From NCBI GenBank assembly GCA_043816005.1, contig JBDRIM010000064.1:1-64000 (forward strand): 64,000 nucleotides of DNA. Direction: 5' to 3'. Of the stretch, positions 37,247 to 46,617 are shown piece after piece. The notes beneath the pieces are model-generated. The model had not been told where the DNA came from, ran no database searches, and saw nothing but the letters and a program-made list of their open reading frames with translations. Both the position numbers and the translations under genes were made by a program. Position 1 is the first letter of the stretch; the number at the start of each line of letters is the position of its first letter. This DNA comes from Candidatus Micrarchaeota archaeon. GTDB taxonomy: Archaea > Micrarchaeota > Micrarchaeia > Anstonellales > Bilamarchaeaceae.

Positions 37247-37920
37247 GAGAAATACGTTGTAATCCATTTGGAATACTTTCGCATGTGAATACTATTTTTA
37301 GGCGCTATTTCTTTAAACCATTTGTTAAAGTTTTGAGACCCCTTGAGTCTCATCCATTTACCCGACCGTATGGTAGAGAATCCGTAACTGTTCAAAATTT
37401 CAGATAACCAATCTAGAACTTCCGTATTTTTCAAAGTGATATCTAAAACTGGATAAGGTCGTTTATAGCGTCGGTCATGATCAAAAAAGGTGGATCCATC
37501 AGTATCAAAAATACCACGGATAAAAGATCTTTGTAGATGCCAGGATTTGGGAAATTTATAGATATTGAATGACTTTTTGAAACAGATTGGAAAATCAAAG
37601 TTAGCATGAAAAAAATTGAAAATAGTTTCGCTGTTGATAAGTATATAATAGGTATTGTAATCGTCTCTTTTTTTGTAATATCCATTGACGTGAAAAACAA
37701 TTTTGAGTAGTTTTTGGATATGTGTTTTATAGGCTACCTCGGATTTTAAGTTTCCACAAAAACATACTTGTTTTCTTAGCCGTGGTTTACCTGATATTCC
37801 TATCCAACCATCACCCAGTAAAATTCCGAAAATCTCGACAACCATTGGATTATTAATTTGCGGAAGTCTTGACTTGATGTAGTCTATACGACGATTAGAA
37901 TGCTTTTCTTCATCCCCCAT
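37237..37920 (-). CDS. Free-standing two-motif LAGLIDADG homing-endonuclease-like protein
   Basis: EIFGILLGDGW and FIRGIFDTDGS motifs. Likely start MGDEEK (37920). The last codons and TAG stop lie in tRNA-Arg positions 1-10. Confidence 0.88.
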   Translation of the reverse strand: MGDEEKHSNRRIDYIKSRLPQINNPMVVEIFGILLGDGWIGISGKPRLRKQVCFCGNLKSEVAYKTHIQKLLKIVFHVNGYYKKRDDYNTYYILINSETIFNFFHANFDFPICFKKSFNIYKFPKSWHLQRSFIRGIFDTDGSTFFDHDRRYKRPYPVLDITLKNTEVLDWLSEILNSYGFSTIRSGKWMRLKGSQNFNKWFKEIAPKNSIHMRKYSKWITTYFSGS

Positions 37921-38000
37921 AAAGGTAAGTAGAGGAAGATAAATAAAAACCACACTGTAGAGGATAGCCTTTATAACTTTCATCTTTCCAATCTCATCCT

Positions 38001-38762
38001 ATGGTTATGGAACTAAAAGAATTACTTAGCCGTGCTGTCGAAGAAAGTTTAGAAGATAAAGTAGCAATATCTTTTTCAGGCGGACTTGATTCCACTATAA
38101 TAGCTGCAATAGCAAAAAAACACTCGCAAGTAGAACTTTTCACTGCAGGTGTAAAAAATAGTAGTGATATGGAGTATTCGGAAAGAATTGCAAAAGAATG
38201 GAACATACAACTGATACCAGTCATTATAAATGAACAAAATGCCATCAAAAATTATGGCAACTGCAGTAAACTATTACAATTGGATTTTCTAAGATTGGAA
38301 ATAATGGTTCCTGTTTATGCGGTCGCAGAAGCTGCTGCAAAAAAAGGCCATAAAGTATTGCTTTTTGGGACTGCAGCCGAAGAGCTTTTTGTCGGATATG
38401 AAAGGTATTATCTTTACAAACAACAAGGAAAAAATCTTGATGCAATCTTAAAAGAAGAATACAAAAACCTCCCACAAAGAGAAATTGCGTGGGCAAAAAA
38501 AGTGTGTAGAGAATTTGGCATTGAGGCAAGATTTCCGCTTTATAATAAAGAACTTGCAAAATTTATGTTTTCCATACCTCTCGAAGAAAGAATGGAAGAT
38601 TACGACTTGAAAAAAGGATTGTTAAGGGAAGCCGGAAAAATCCTGAATGTTCCAGAACCGGTGCTTAAAAGAAGAAAAAAAGCAATGCAGTATGGTTCTG
38701 GAATACATAAGATATTGATGCGCAAAAGAACTGAATTAGATAAATTGTATCCACCAGAATAA
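38001..38762 (+). CDS. Asparagine synthase C-terminal domain protein (PP-loop)
   Basis: SFSGGLDS, AEELFVGY, EARFP and KKAMQYGSG. Confidence 0.88.
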   Translation: MVMELKELLSRAVEESLEDKVAISFSGGLDSTIIAAIAKKHSQVELFTAGVKNSSDMEYSERIAKEWNIQLIPVIINEQNAIKNYGNCSKLLQLDFLRLEIMVPVYAVAEAAAKKGHKVLLFGTAAEELFVGYERYYLYKQQGKNLDAILKEEYKNLPQREIAWAKKVCREFGIEARFPLYNKELAKFMFSIPLEERMEDYDLKKGLLREAGKILNVPEPVLKRRKKAMQYGSGIHKILMRKRTELDKLYPPE

Positions 38763-38798
38763 CAAAGCTTTTAATAATAAAATTTACTAGTTTATTTC

Positions 38799-38906
38799 AT
38801 GGAACCTAGATTATTAGGACTTATACTGCTTGCTATAATTGTACCAATAATCTGGTGCATACTTACTAGATTAAAGAAGAAAAAACGTAAATCAAAAAGA
38901 TCATGA
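38799..38906 (+). CDS. Putative 35-aa single-pass membrane micro-protein
   Basis: MEPRLLGLILLAIIVPIIWCILTRLKKKKRKSKRS*: a TM helix with a basic tail. Below the ORF-track cutoff. Confidence 0.45.
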   Translation: MEPRLLGLILLAIIVPIIWCILTRLKKKKRKSKRS

Positions 38907-39734
38907 GCGCATTTTTGCAGCTTTTACTGTGTTATGAAGAAGCATTGCAACAGTCATCGGACCAACGCCATGTGGGACTGGAGAACAATTGGCTTTCTTA
39001 ATGACATTTTCATAATCAACATCCCCTTTGATTTTGTCACCAACACGAGTTGTACCTACATCTATAACGTATGCGCCTTCTTTTACCATATCTGCTTTTA
39101 TTAAACCAGGAACACCCGCAGCAGAGATAAGAATGTCAGCAGTTCTTGTATGCTCAGTAAGATTTTTGGTTTTTGAATGACAGATTGTGACAGTTGCATT
39201 TTTTGCAAGAAGCATAAATGATAATGGTTTTCCAACAACATTTCCACGTCCTATAACAGTGGCATTTTTACCAACAAAATCAACACCATAAAATTCAAGC
39301 ATTTTTATTACTCCCATAGGAGTAGCTGGCATAAATGGTTCTTTAAAACCAAGAAATAGTTGACCTACATTTGTTGATGTCCATCCATCCACATCTTTTT
39401 TTGGATCTATCGCTTCCACAACGTCGAAATAATTAATGTGTTTTGGAAGAGGGAATTGAACAATAAAACCATCCACAGTATCATCTTTATTGAGTTTATG
39501 AACAAGGGCTAGCAAATCTTTTTCGCTTACATCATCAGGCATTTTTTCAAGTCTTGATTCGATACCAATTTCTGCTGCTCGTTTCATTTTCTTTTTTACA
39601 TAAACTTCAGAAGCAGGATCATTTCCGACTAAAACAATCGCAAGCACTGGTTTTCTTTTTAGCATAGCAAGAGAAATTTTAGCCTCTTCTAGTATGCTTG
39701 CTGCAGGTTCTTTGCCAGTAAGAGATTTATACAT
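38901..39734 (-). CDS. folD: Methylenetetrahydrofolate dehydrogenase/cyclohydrolase
   Basis: YVKKK, KDVDG, PATPMG, VGKP and PVPHGVGPMTVAML. Confidence 0.95.
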   Translation of the reverse strand: MYKSLTGKEPAASILEEAKISLAMLKRKPVLAIVLVGNDPASEVYVKKKMKRAAEIGIESRLEKMPDDVSEKDLLALVHKLNKDDTVDGFIVQFPLPKHINYFDVVEAIDPKKDVDGWTSTNVGQLFLGFKEPFMPATPMGVIKMLEFYGVDFVGKNATVIGRGNVVGKPLSFMLLAKNATVTICHSKTKNLTEHTRTADILISAAGVPGLIKADMVKEGAYVIDVGTTRVGDKIKGDVDYENVIKKANCSPVPHGVGPMTVAMLLHNTVKAAKMRS

Positions 39735-39785
39735 AGTATAAATTCACTGTTCTGGTTTATTACCATTTCGCTGGATAAATGTGAC

Positions 39786-40631
39786 ATGATCTGGATAGTT
39801 CTTGCCATAAGTGCAGCATTTCTATGGGCAACTGGCAATGTCATAAGCAAATACACGCTTTTCAAAATAAATAAGGAAACTACAATGATCGGAATGTTGA
39901 TAAGCAGTGTAATTACCGTAGCCATAGTTTATCTTCTGTTTCCAGTTTCATTTTCAATGATTGCATTGTTAGCAGGTATTTTTTGGTATGGGGCATATTA
40001 CGCATATTTTAGTGGTTTGAGTGAAAATGAAGTATCAAAAACATCTGCACTTCTCCTTACCAACCCAATATTCACTGCAATAATTTCAGCAATTATACTT
40101 GGAGAAATTTTGGCTCCAATACAATATTTCGGGATTTTAATCTCTGTTCTTGGTGCAATATTACTCTCTTTTGAAGGTAGGATTTTCAGAAAAGAAGCCT
40201 TGATTGTTTTGGCATCAAGTATCATGTTTTCCATTAGTGATGTTGGATCAAAAATGGCACTTTCTGACGCAGATTCGATTAGCGTGCTTTTTTGGGTAAG
40301 AATGGCAGCCATACCAATTTTGATTTTTTTGGTTTTTGCATGGCGTAAGAAAATAAGTTTTATATCAAAAAAACTTGCAACATTTGCTATAGGAACAGGA
40401 CTCCTATCTGATGTTGCATCATACTTTTACATAGTCGCATGTAGCATTGCATTTGTTTCTTTAGTAACTGCATTCACCACAACCCAGGCATTGTTTGTAT
40501 TTATTGGTGCTACATTGATAACTAGATTAAATTCAAAACTTCTGAAAGAGGAAATAGATAAAAAAAGTTTGATTTTGAAAATCTCTGCTCTCTTTTTACT
40601 CATTCTTGGAGTTGTCTTGGTGGCTTTGTAA
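39786..40631 (+). CDS. EamA/DMT family transporter
   Basis: About 10 TM helices in two repeats, with PIFTAIISAIILGE. Confidence 0.88.
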   Translation: MIWIVLAISAAFLWATGNVISKYTLFKINKETTMIGMLISSVITVAIVYLLFPVSFSMIALLAGIFWYGAYYAYFSGLSENEVSKTSALLLTNPIFTAIISAIILGEILAPIQYFGILISVLGAILLSFEGRIFRKEALIVLASSIMFSISDVGSKMALSDADSISVLFWVRMAAIPILIFLVFAWRKKISFISKKLATFAIGTGLLSDVASYFYIVACSIAFVSLVTAFTTTQALFVFIGATLITRLNSKLLKEEIDKKSLILKISALFLLILGVVLVAL

Positions 40632-40701
40632 TTTCCTATTTAACTAATAAGGAAGAATTCACTGGATTTAAAAAAGTTCGTCAATAGAAGTCTATCTTGT
40701 T

Positions 40702-40864
40702 GGGCCTGTAGCTCAGCCAGGTTAGAGCGACGGTCTTATATGGCACGATCTAGCACAGTAAGACTGGCTGGTACCTATGAAAGCCGTAGGTCCTGAGTTC
40801 AAACTTTTTGGAAAAAAGTTTGACAAAAACTGATCTTTCCAAATTGGAAATCTCAGCAGGCCCA
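40702..40864 (+). tRNA. tRNA-Ile(TAT) with two introns: 37/38 (40741-40781) and 59/60 (40804-40850)
   Basis: Spliced: GGGCCTG TA GCTC AGCCAGGTTA GAGC G ACGGT CTTATAA GCCGT AGGTC CTGAG TTCAAAT CTCAG CAGGCCC A. BHB-like junctions. TTTAAAAA TATA at 40667-40674. Confidence 0.9.
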
Positions 40865-40964
40865 ATTTTTTATTAATTGTGGGGCTGTGCCCCATACCAC
40901 CCGAACAGTGTAAGGCATTAAACAAAAACTCGCCCAGAACGAGTTTCATTTAAACAAAAAACGA

Positions 40965-40976
40965 CAGGCCCAATTT
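40965..40976 (+). repeat. Duplicate of the tRNA-Ile 3' end
   Basis: CAGGCCCAATTT is identical to 40857-40868, 108 nt upstream. Confidence 0.7.
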
Positions 40977-41162
40977 ATATTTTAGACACGGGCCATAGCT
41001 TTGTTCATGAAATGGGATGGAACCATCTAGCTGAAACATTAGTTTAATAACCTTTTCTTAAGTCCAAAAATTTTGGCAGAATTTTAAAACCTTTCCCAAA
41101 ATGCAAAACTTCTCGGCTTTTTTATATGAACAATTGTTCAAAGTTACATCGGGAGAGGGGAA

Positions 41163-42737
41163 TTGGCCGTACGGGGTGAGGATATGATCAACATATTCGC
41201 CAGGAAAGCCGCAGATAGGAGGAAGGTAGAAACTAGAGTGATAGCTTCTATGGAAAAAGCAGGATTCAAGCTGCTTGGTCGGGATGTTCTTTACGAAAAA
41301 CCGATTGGACGAGTGCTCTATCCAGAAGATGAATTGATATTCAATCGTGGCCTTGATGGGAAAAAATCTAATTTTTGTGTGTTTGCAAAGTGTGAGATAG
41401 ACGGAACAGTAGTATTACACCATTACAATCCTGACCGAAACGGATTTGAATTAAGAAGAGATGAATTCATCAGAAAAACTATTCTACGGCCTGATGCAAC
41501 AGATGGAGAAATAGCCAGTGCGATAGCAATTGTCAAAATTGATGCCACAAAAAAAAGACAAAATGAATTTTTCTTTGCACCACACAACCATTTTGGTGCT
41601 CTTGCACCACCACATTTTGATGAGAACGGAAATAGGATAAAAGCGGGAGCAGTAAAATTTGACGATGGTGTCTCATTTCTGACTGATAATATCAGAAAAG
41701 CACTCTTTTATGGGATAGATTATTACTCATTAACAACACATAATAGTTTCTCCAATAGGGTGTTTGAATTTATGACTTGGGCTGGGCACCTCATTGGTCT
41801 TACACCAATTCCCGGTATAGAACTAACCCTTCCAATGAAAGAACCTAATGGTCCTCATATCCTTGTATGGATGAAGAATGCAAGAGTAGCAAGAAGAATA
41901 CGTAGAGACATACTAGAAAAGGGAACACGTCTTGATATGCCAGCATACTTTGTGGGAATGTCAATGGACAGGATACTTGAAATTTTATTTGAATATCAAA
42001 AACACAATTTATTGGCGCTTGGAATAGCGCATCCGATTAATTTCAACTCACCAACACTCCCTGTTCCAATAGTTGGATTATATTCAGCAGTAGATACTGG
42101 GGCAACGATTAATGAGGAATGGGCTACTCTTGAAGCAGTTGAGAGAATTGCAAAAAGATTTGATTCTGTAGCTATGTGGAATACAAGCCTTTATGGAAAA
42201 GCAAAGGAAGTCCGAGTTGGAAATGACCATCTTAAAAATTATTTAAGACATGTTAATAGGGTGCACGTTGGCAATCGTAGGCTTTGGGCAAACCAAACAA
42301 ATTTTGCATTAGCACAGGATCTTAGCAAAAAATATGGTCTTCACACACATTTTGAAACAGATGAACATGCAACATTGCCTTTCTTAGATAGCCGGATAGG
42401 GGGATATGTAATTGGCGGAGATAGTCTTGGTATGGGGATGACTGTAATTGAATTACCAGAAACAAGAACAAATTGGAAAAAACCAACACCGAGTGAACTT
42501 ATAGATTTGATTCGTAGTAAAGCAGTTGAGATGTATGGGTATGTTTTTGCAGTGAAACGAGCTGAGGCAATGACAATACACGCTGAAAGAGGAACAATTC
42601 CAGAAGAATTGAAACCTGTCAAAAGAAGATATAATATCATGAAAACATTGAGGTATGCAGGTATGCTAATCAAAGATTTGATGGTGTTTGCGTTTGAAGG
42701 GCATGAAGAAAGAATAGAAAACATGCCAGGAGATTAA
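41163..42737 (+). CDS. PHP-domain-like metal-dependent phosphoesterase
   Basis: HNH, TTHN, GIEL, H, AHP and TDEH in PHP order. Start may be the ATG at 41184. Confidence 0.65.
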   Translation: MAVRGEDMINIFARKAADRRKVETRVIASMEKAGFKLLGRDVLYEKPIGRVLYPEDELIFNRGLDGKKSNFCVFAKCEIDGTVVLHHYNPDRNGFELRRDEFIRKTILRPDATDGEIASAIAIVKIDATKKRQNEFFFAPHNHFGALAPPHFDENGNRIKAGAVKFDDGVSFLTDNIRKALFYGIDYYSLTTHNSFSNRVFEFMTWAGHLIGLTPIPGIELTLPMKEPNGPHILVWMKNARVARRIRRDILEKGTRLDMPAYFVGMSMDRILEILFEYQKHNLLALGIAHPINFNSPTLPVPIVGLYSAVDTGATINEEWATLEAVERIAKRFDSVAMWNTSLYGKAKEVRVGNDHLKNYLRHVNRVHVGNRRLWANQTNFALAQDLSKKYGLHTHFETDEHATLPFLDSRIGGYVIGGDSLGMGMTVIELPETRTNWKKPTPSELIDLIRSKAVEMYGYVFAVKRAEAMTIHAERGTIPEELKPVKRRYNIMKTLRYAGMLIKDLMVFAFEGHEERIENMPGD

Positions 42738-42814
42738 GAAATTGGTTTAAATTACTTATCAATCAAATTCATGGTTACCAATTTTGGCTAATGATTATTC
42801 TTCTAGGTGATGAT

Positions 42815-43060
42815 ATGGAATTAAAAGAAGTAAGTGAACTGTTAGGCGATCTTGCTAATGATAATGGTATTCCTAAGAATATAAGACGAGCACTTTCAGA
42901 GGCTAAAACACGCATTGATAGTGATGAAGAAAATAATGTGAAGATTAGTGCTGCTATTTACATTATCGAAGGAATAACAGAAGACATAAATATGCCGGCT
43001 CATGCAAGAACTCAGATATGGGCTGTTATAAGTGCACTTGAAAGTCAAAATGAAAGATAG
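42815..43060 (+). CDS. UPF0147 family protein
   Basis: DNGIPKNIRR and DINMPAHARTQIW, with a GGTGA RBS. Confidence 0.88.
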   Translation: MELKEVSELLGDLANDNGIPKNIRRALSEAKTRIDSDEENNVKISAAIYIIEGITEDINMPAHARTQIWAVISALESQNER

Positions 43061-43072
43061 TAGGCGAGGGGG

Positions 43073-44503
43073 ATGCATAACGAATTAACTGCAAATGGAA
43101 TTAGACTTACAATGGATGCAGAAGATTTTTTGAATGCCAATCCTTCAGATGAGCTAATACAAAAGATAATTGGATTAGAAAAACCGCTTATATCAAAGGA
43201 TGACATAGAAAGCCTGATTAAACAGAAAAAAGAACAAAAGATAGAGATAATAAAAGCACCTGAGTTCAAACCATTGGCAAAGGAATATTCCCCTGACATA
43301 AAAATTAATCATACCTTAGACGTTACTGGAAAATCAAGAACAAAAGGCGAAGTAGATAATTTTATTGCACATTTTAGGAATAGATTTACAAGGATATCTA
43401 AAATGTTGAGAAGAAGTAATTCTGTCATGACAACAGAACTCGCTGACGTAAGAAAGCACCTTAATGAAAGAGTAAGAATTATAGTTTTCATATCAGAAAA
43501 AAAAGAAACAAAAAAGGGCAACCTACTTTTTGAAGTAGAAGATATGACAGGCACATTCAAAGTTGTCATATCATCATCAAAATTCAATGAAAAGGTCATG
43601 GATAAAGCAAAATTCGTTATTCTGGATGACATAGTTGCAATTACGGGTAAAGTGCTTGAACCATATATTATTGCAGAGGATGTAGAATGGCCAGATCTGC
43701 CAGTTATAAGAGAGAAAAAGAAAACAGAAAATGATGTTGCAGTAGCATATCTTTCAGATATACATTTTGGAAGCAGATATTTTCTTGATAAATACTTGAA
43801 GGGATTTGTTGATTGGCTTCATGGTAAAGGTGAGGAAAAAAAACTGGCTGGTAAAGTAAAGTATATAGCCATCGCAGGAGATATTGTTGATGGTATAGGG
43901 ATCTATCCGAATCAGGAAAAGGAATTGCTTGTGAAAGACGTTTTCCAACAATATAAAATGTTCGATGATTTTATTGAAGATCTTCCAGATTATATAGAAG
44001 TGATAGTTGGTCCTGGGAATCATGATGCAGTACGAAGAGGAGAACCACAACCAGCTATAGGTACGGAATACATCACATCTAAGGTTACAAGAATAGGAAA
44101 TCCATCCTCCTTCACAATAGATGGAATAAAACATCTATTATACCATGGAACTTCAATAGATTCAATGATCGCAAATATCCCACAAACAACTTATGTACAT
44201 CCAGAAAAAGTTATGGTGGAGTACCTCAAACGACGTCATCTCTCTCCTATTTATGGTGGTAATTTGATAATTCCAGAAAATACAGATTACATGATAATAG
44301 ATGATCCCCCGGATGTTTTCCATTGTGGACATGTTCACAAAAACGGATATACGCAATATCGCGGAACGTTAGTGATAAATTCGGGTACATTCCAGGACAG
44401 AACAGATTTTCAAGTAAAGCAAGGACACGTACCAACTCCAGCGTTAGTGCCAGTTTACGAAATGAAACATGGAAGACTCCACACACTCGATTTTAAATCA
44501 TAA
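43073..44503 (+). CDS. polD1: DNA polymerase D small (exonuclease) subunit DP1
   Basis: OB fold, then SDIHFGS, AGDIVDG, PGNHD, YHG, GHVH and NSGTFQ. Confidence 0.95.
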   Translation: MHNELTANGIRLTMDAEDFLNANPSDELIQKIIGLEKPLISKDDIESLIKQKKEQKIEIIKAPEFKPLAKEYSPDIKINHTLDVTGKSRTKGEVDNFIAHFRNRFTRISKMLRRSNSVMTTELADVRKHLNERVRIIVFISEKKETKKGNLLFEVEDMTGTFKVVISSSKFNEKVMDKAKFVILDDIVAITGKVLEPYIIAEDVEWPDLPVIREKKKTENDVAVAYLSDIHFGSRYFLDKYLKGFVDWLHGKGEEKKLAGKVKYIAIAGDIVDGIGIYPNQEKELLVKDVFQQYKMFDDFIEDLPDYIEVIVGPGNHDAVRRGEPQPAIGTEYITSKVTRIGNPSSFTIDGIKHLLYHGTSIDSMIANIPQTTYVHPEKVMVEYLKRRHLSPIYGGNLIIPENTDYMIIDDPPDVFHCGHVHKNGYTQYRGTLVINSGTFQDRTDFQVKQGHVPTPALVPVYEMKHGRLHTLDFKS

Positions 44504-44574
44504 GAGGGAATTTAAGGAATGTTTATAAAGTTAAACTGCAAATCGCTTATAGAACATTTATTTGTGGTGATTGA

Positions 44575-44832
44575 ATGGCCAAGTATCTTATAGCAAGACA
44601 ACTCTCGGGTAAAAAATTAGTAACAAACGAAGGCGATGATTTTGGAAGACTCGTTGATATCGAAGTCAACGAAGTTAGTGGTAAGATTGAGACGCTAGTA
44701 GTTGAACCAAATCCAGATAGTGGTTTGGCCTCTAAAATGAAAAAAGAGGATGGATTGGTTCATATCCCGTATGAAAGTGTTCTTGCAGTCGGAGACTTCA
44801 TTATAGTCGAAAAAAGGAACATTGCATATTGA
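44575..44832 (+). CDS. PRC-barrel domain protein
   Basis: LSGKKLVTNEG..FGRLVDI and IPYESVLAVGDFIIV. Confidence 0.9.
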   Translation: MAKYLIARQLSGKKLVTNEGDDFGRLVDIEVNEVSGKIETLVVEPNPDSGLASKMKKEDGLVHIPYESVLAVGDFIIVEKRNIAY

Positions 44833-44894
44833 TAAAACCTACCCCCCTTTAACCTCTTTATTTTTAATTAAGATTCTTTATATAATTTCTACTT

Positions 44895-45530
44895 ATGTTC
44901 TCATATATTGCAGGAATTGATGAAGCAGGACGCGGAGCAGTTATCGGTCCACTAGTCATCTGTTGTGCTGTTTGTAAACGAGAGAATGAAAAAATATTGA
45001 AAAAATGGGCATCAAAAGATTCAAAAGCATTAACCCCAAAACAAAGAGAAACTGCTTATGAAGAACTTAAAAAATTCTGTACTTTTAGATGGGTTGCCGT
45101 CAGTGCAGTTGATTTGACCAAATTTATGAAAACAATGAGTTTGAATGATATTGAAGCAAAGGTTATGGCTGACCTTATAAAAAAAGTTGATGAAGGAGAC
45201 GTAATGATAGATATGCCTGACAGATATTCGTGGACATTCAGAAAACGTATGGAAAAATTTGGTGTTAGTAAATTTGAAGCAGAACACAAAGCAGATGAAA
45301 AATACCCCATTGTTGCGGCAGCATCCATTTGTGCAAAGGTAATAAGAGATGCTAAAATAGTTGAGATAAAACAGGCAACCTGCGATTTTGGAAGTGGTTA
45401 TCCGTCTGATCCAAAAACTATAAACGCACTCAAAGATAATGAAAAGATGAAACAGTTGCTACCAGTTGTTAGAACAAGATGGAAAACATTAGAAAGGATA
45501 AAACAAACTAAACTTTTTGATGGTGAATAA
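44895..45530 (+). CDS. rnhB: Ribonuclease HII
   Basis: GIDEAGRG, DSK, AAASICAKV and GSGYPSDP. Confidence 0.95.
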   Translation: MFSYIAGIDEAGRGAVIGPLVICCAVCKRENEKILKKWASKDSKALTPKQRETAYEELKKFCTFRWVAVSAVDLTKFMKTMSLNDIEAKVMADLIKKVDEGDVMIDMPDRYSWTFRKRMEKFGVSKFEAEHKADEKYPIVAAASICAKVIRDAKIVEIKQATCDFGSGYPSDPKTINALKDNEKMKQLLPVVRTRWKTLERIKQTKLFDGE

Positions 45531-45560
45531 TATAGTCAATTATGAATTTCGGTGAAATTT

Positions 45561-45836
45561 ATGGCAAAAGTAAAGATAATTAATGATAATATTACTATTG
45601 AAATTCCAAATGGATCACGACTGCTTGAGTATGCAAAAGAGAATACTAATATGCTTTTTGGATGCGAATCAGGAACGTGTGGGACGTGCATTTGTAAGAT
45701 AATAAAAGGGGAAGAAAACATCAATGGAAAAAGTGCATCTGAAGAACTTTTTTTGGCTAAAAAAAGTGCGCAGAAAAATGAAAGATTAGCATGCCAAATT
45801 TGGATAAAAAAAGGGGATGTTGAGATAGAGTATTAG
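45561..45836 (+). CDS. [2Fe-2S] ferredoxin
   Basis: FGCESGTCGTC and RLACQ. Confidence 0.9.
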   Translation: MAKVKIINDNITIEIPNGSRLLEYAKENTNMLFGCESGTCGTCICKIIKGEENINGKSASEELFLAKKSAQKNERLACQIWIKKGDVEIEY

Positions 45837-46564
45837 TTCTCTACACCGTTACTCTCAACTTTGATTTTTCCTTTCATTATTGGATGGGTAACTGAATAAT
45901 ATTCACAGGTCATAATTTGATCCATGACCAGTGTTGCATTTTGTCCTTTCCCAAGGACATTTGTATCAAATATTTCATTTCCGTTAATGAAACAGGTTGC
46001 TGATCTTGGGAAATTACCAGTATTAACAAATGTGACACGATCCGACACCTTTACAGTAAGATCATCTGGAGTATACGAGAAATCCTTTATAGTGACTGTG
46101 TAGTCTTGTGGATCATAAGAAAGGATCTTTTCTTTTTCAATGGTAAACATAACCTGCTTCGAAGAACCATATGATTTTTTATCGTTGGTTAAAAGTTCGA
46201 TAGTAATAACATGTTCACCTATGCCAAGTGAGGGGATTAGATAGTTCTTTGAAGTAACCGTAATTGGTTGTTCGCTATCAACCGTAACTCTAAAGTGACC
46301 TTCACCTTGTTTTGGAGTAGCCCCAGGTTGTTTAAGAACAAGATTCTGGGTGGTTAATACTAATGTCACATCATAGGTTGTACCTTGGATTATGAAAACT
46401 TCGTCTGAAATTGGGCTTGTTATGACAAACGAAGGATTTTTTACCACTGGTGGCGTTATGGTATCATTAGTTGATGAATTAGTATCATTTTGTTCTGGTG
46501 GTGGTGAAAAACAACCAGTCAGAACCATCCCAAAGACCAATAAGGTTAAAATGAATAATCTCAT
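45833..46564 (-). CDS. Lipoprotein with C-terminal cupredoxin-like domain
   Basis: LTGC lipobox, and VTIKDFSYTP..LTVKV.D.VTFVN and HPIMKGKIKV. The copper Cys ligand appears replaced by Ser. Confidence 0.7.
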   Translation of the reverse strand: MRLFILTLLVFGMVLTGCFSPPPEQNDTNSSTNDTITPPVVKNPSFVITSPISDEVFIIQGTTYDVTLVLTTQNLVLKQPGATPKQGEGHFRVTVDSEQPITVTSKNYLIPSLGIGEHVITIELLTNDKKSYGSSKQVMFTIEKEKILSYDPQDYTVTIKDFSYTPDDLTVKVSDRVTFVNTGNFPRSATCFINGNEIFDTNVLGKGQNATLVMDQIMTCEYYSVTHPIMKGKIKVESNGVEN

Positions 46565-46617
46565 GGATTTTAATTGTGGCCCACGGTTAATAAAATGTAT
46601 GTTTAGGAGGGGATTCT

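Noticed and set aside
37237..37983. LAGLIDADG ORF as an intein or intron-encoded endonuclease; 248-aa start at 37983
   Set aside because: There are no intein splicing blocks or host exteins, and it lies 5' of the tRNA rather than in an intron. The first 21 codons overlap the likely promoter, so 37920 was preferred as the start.
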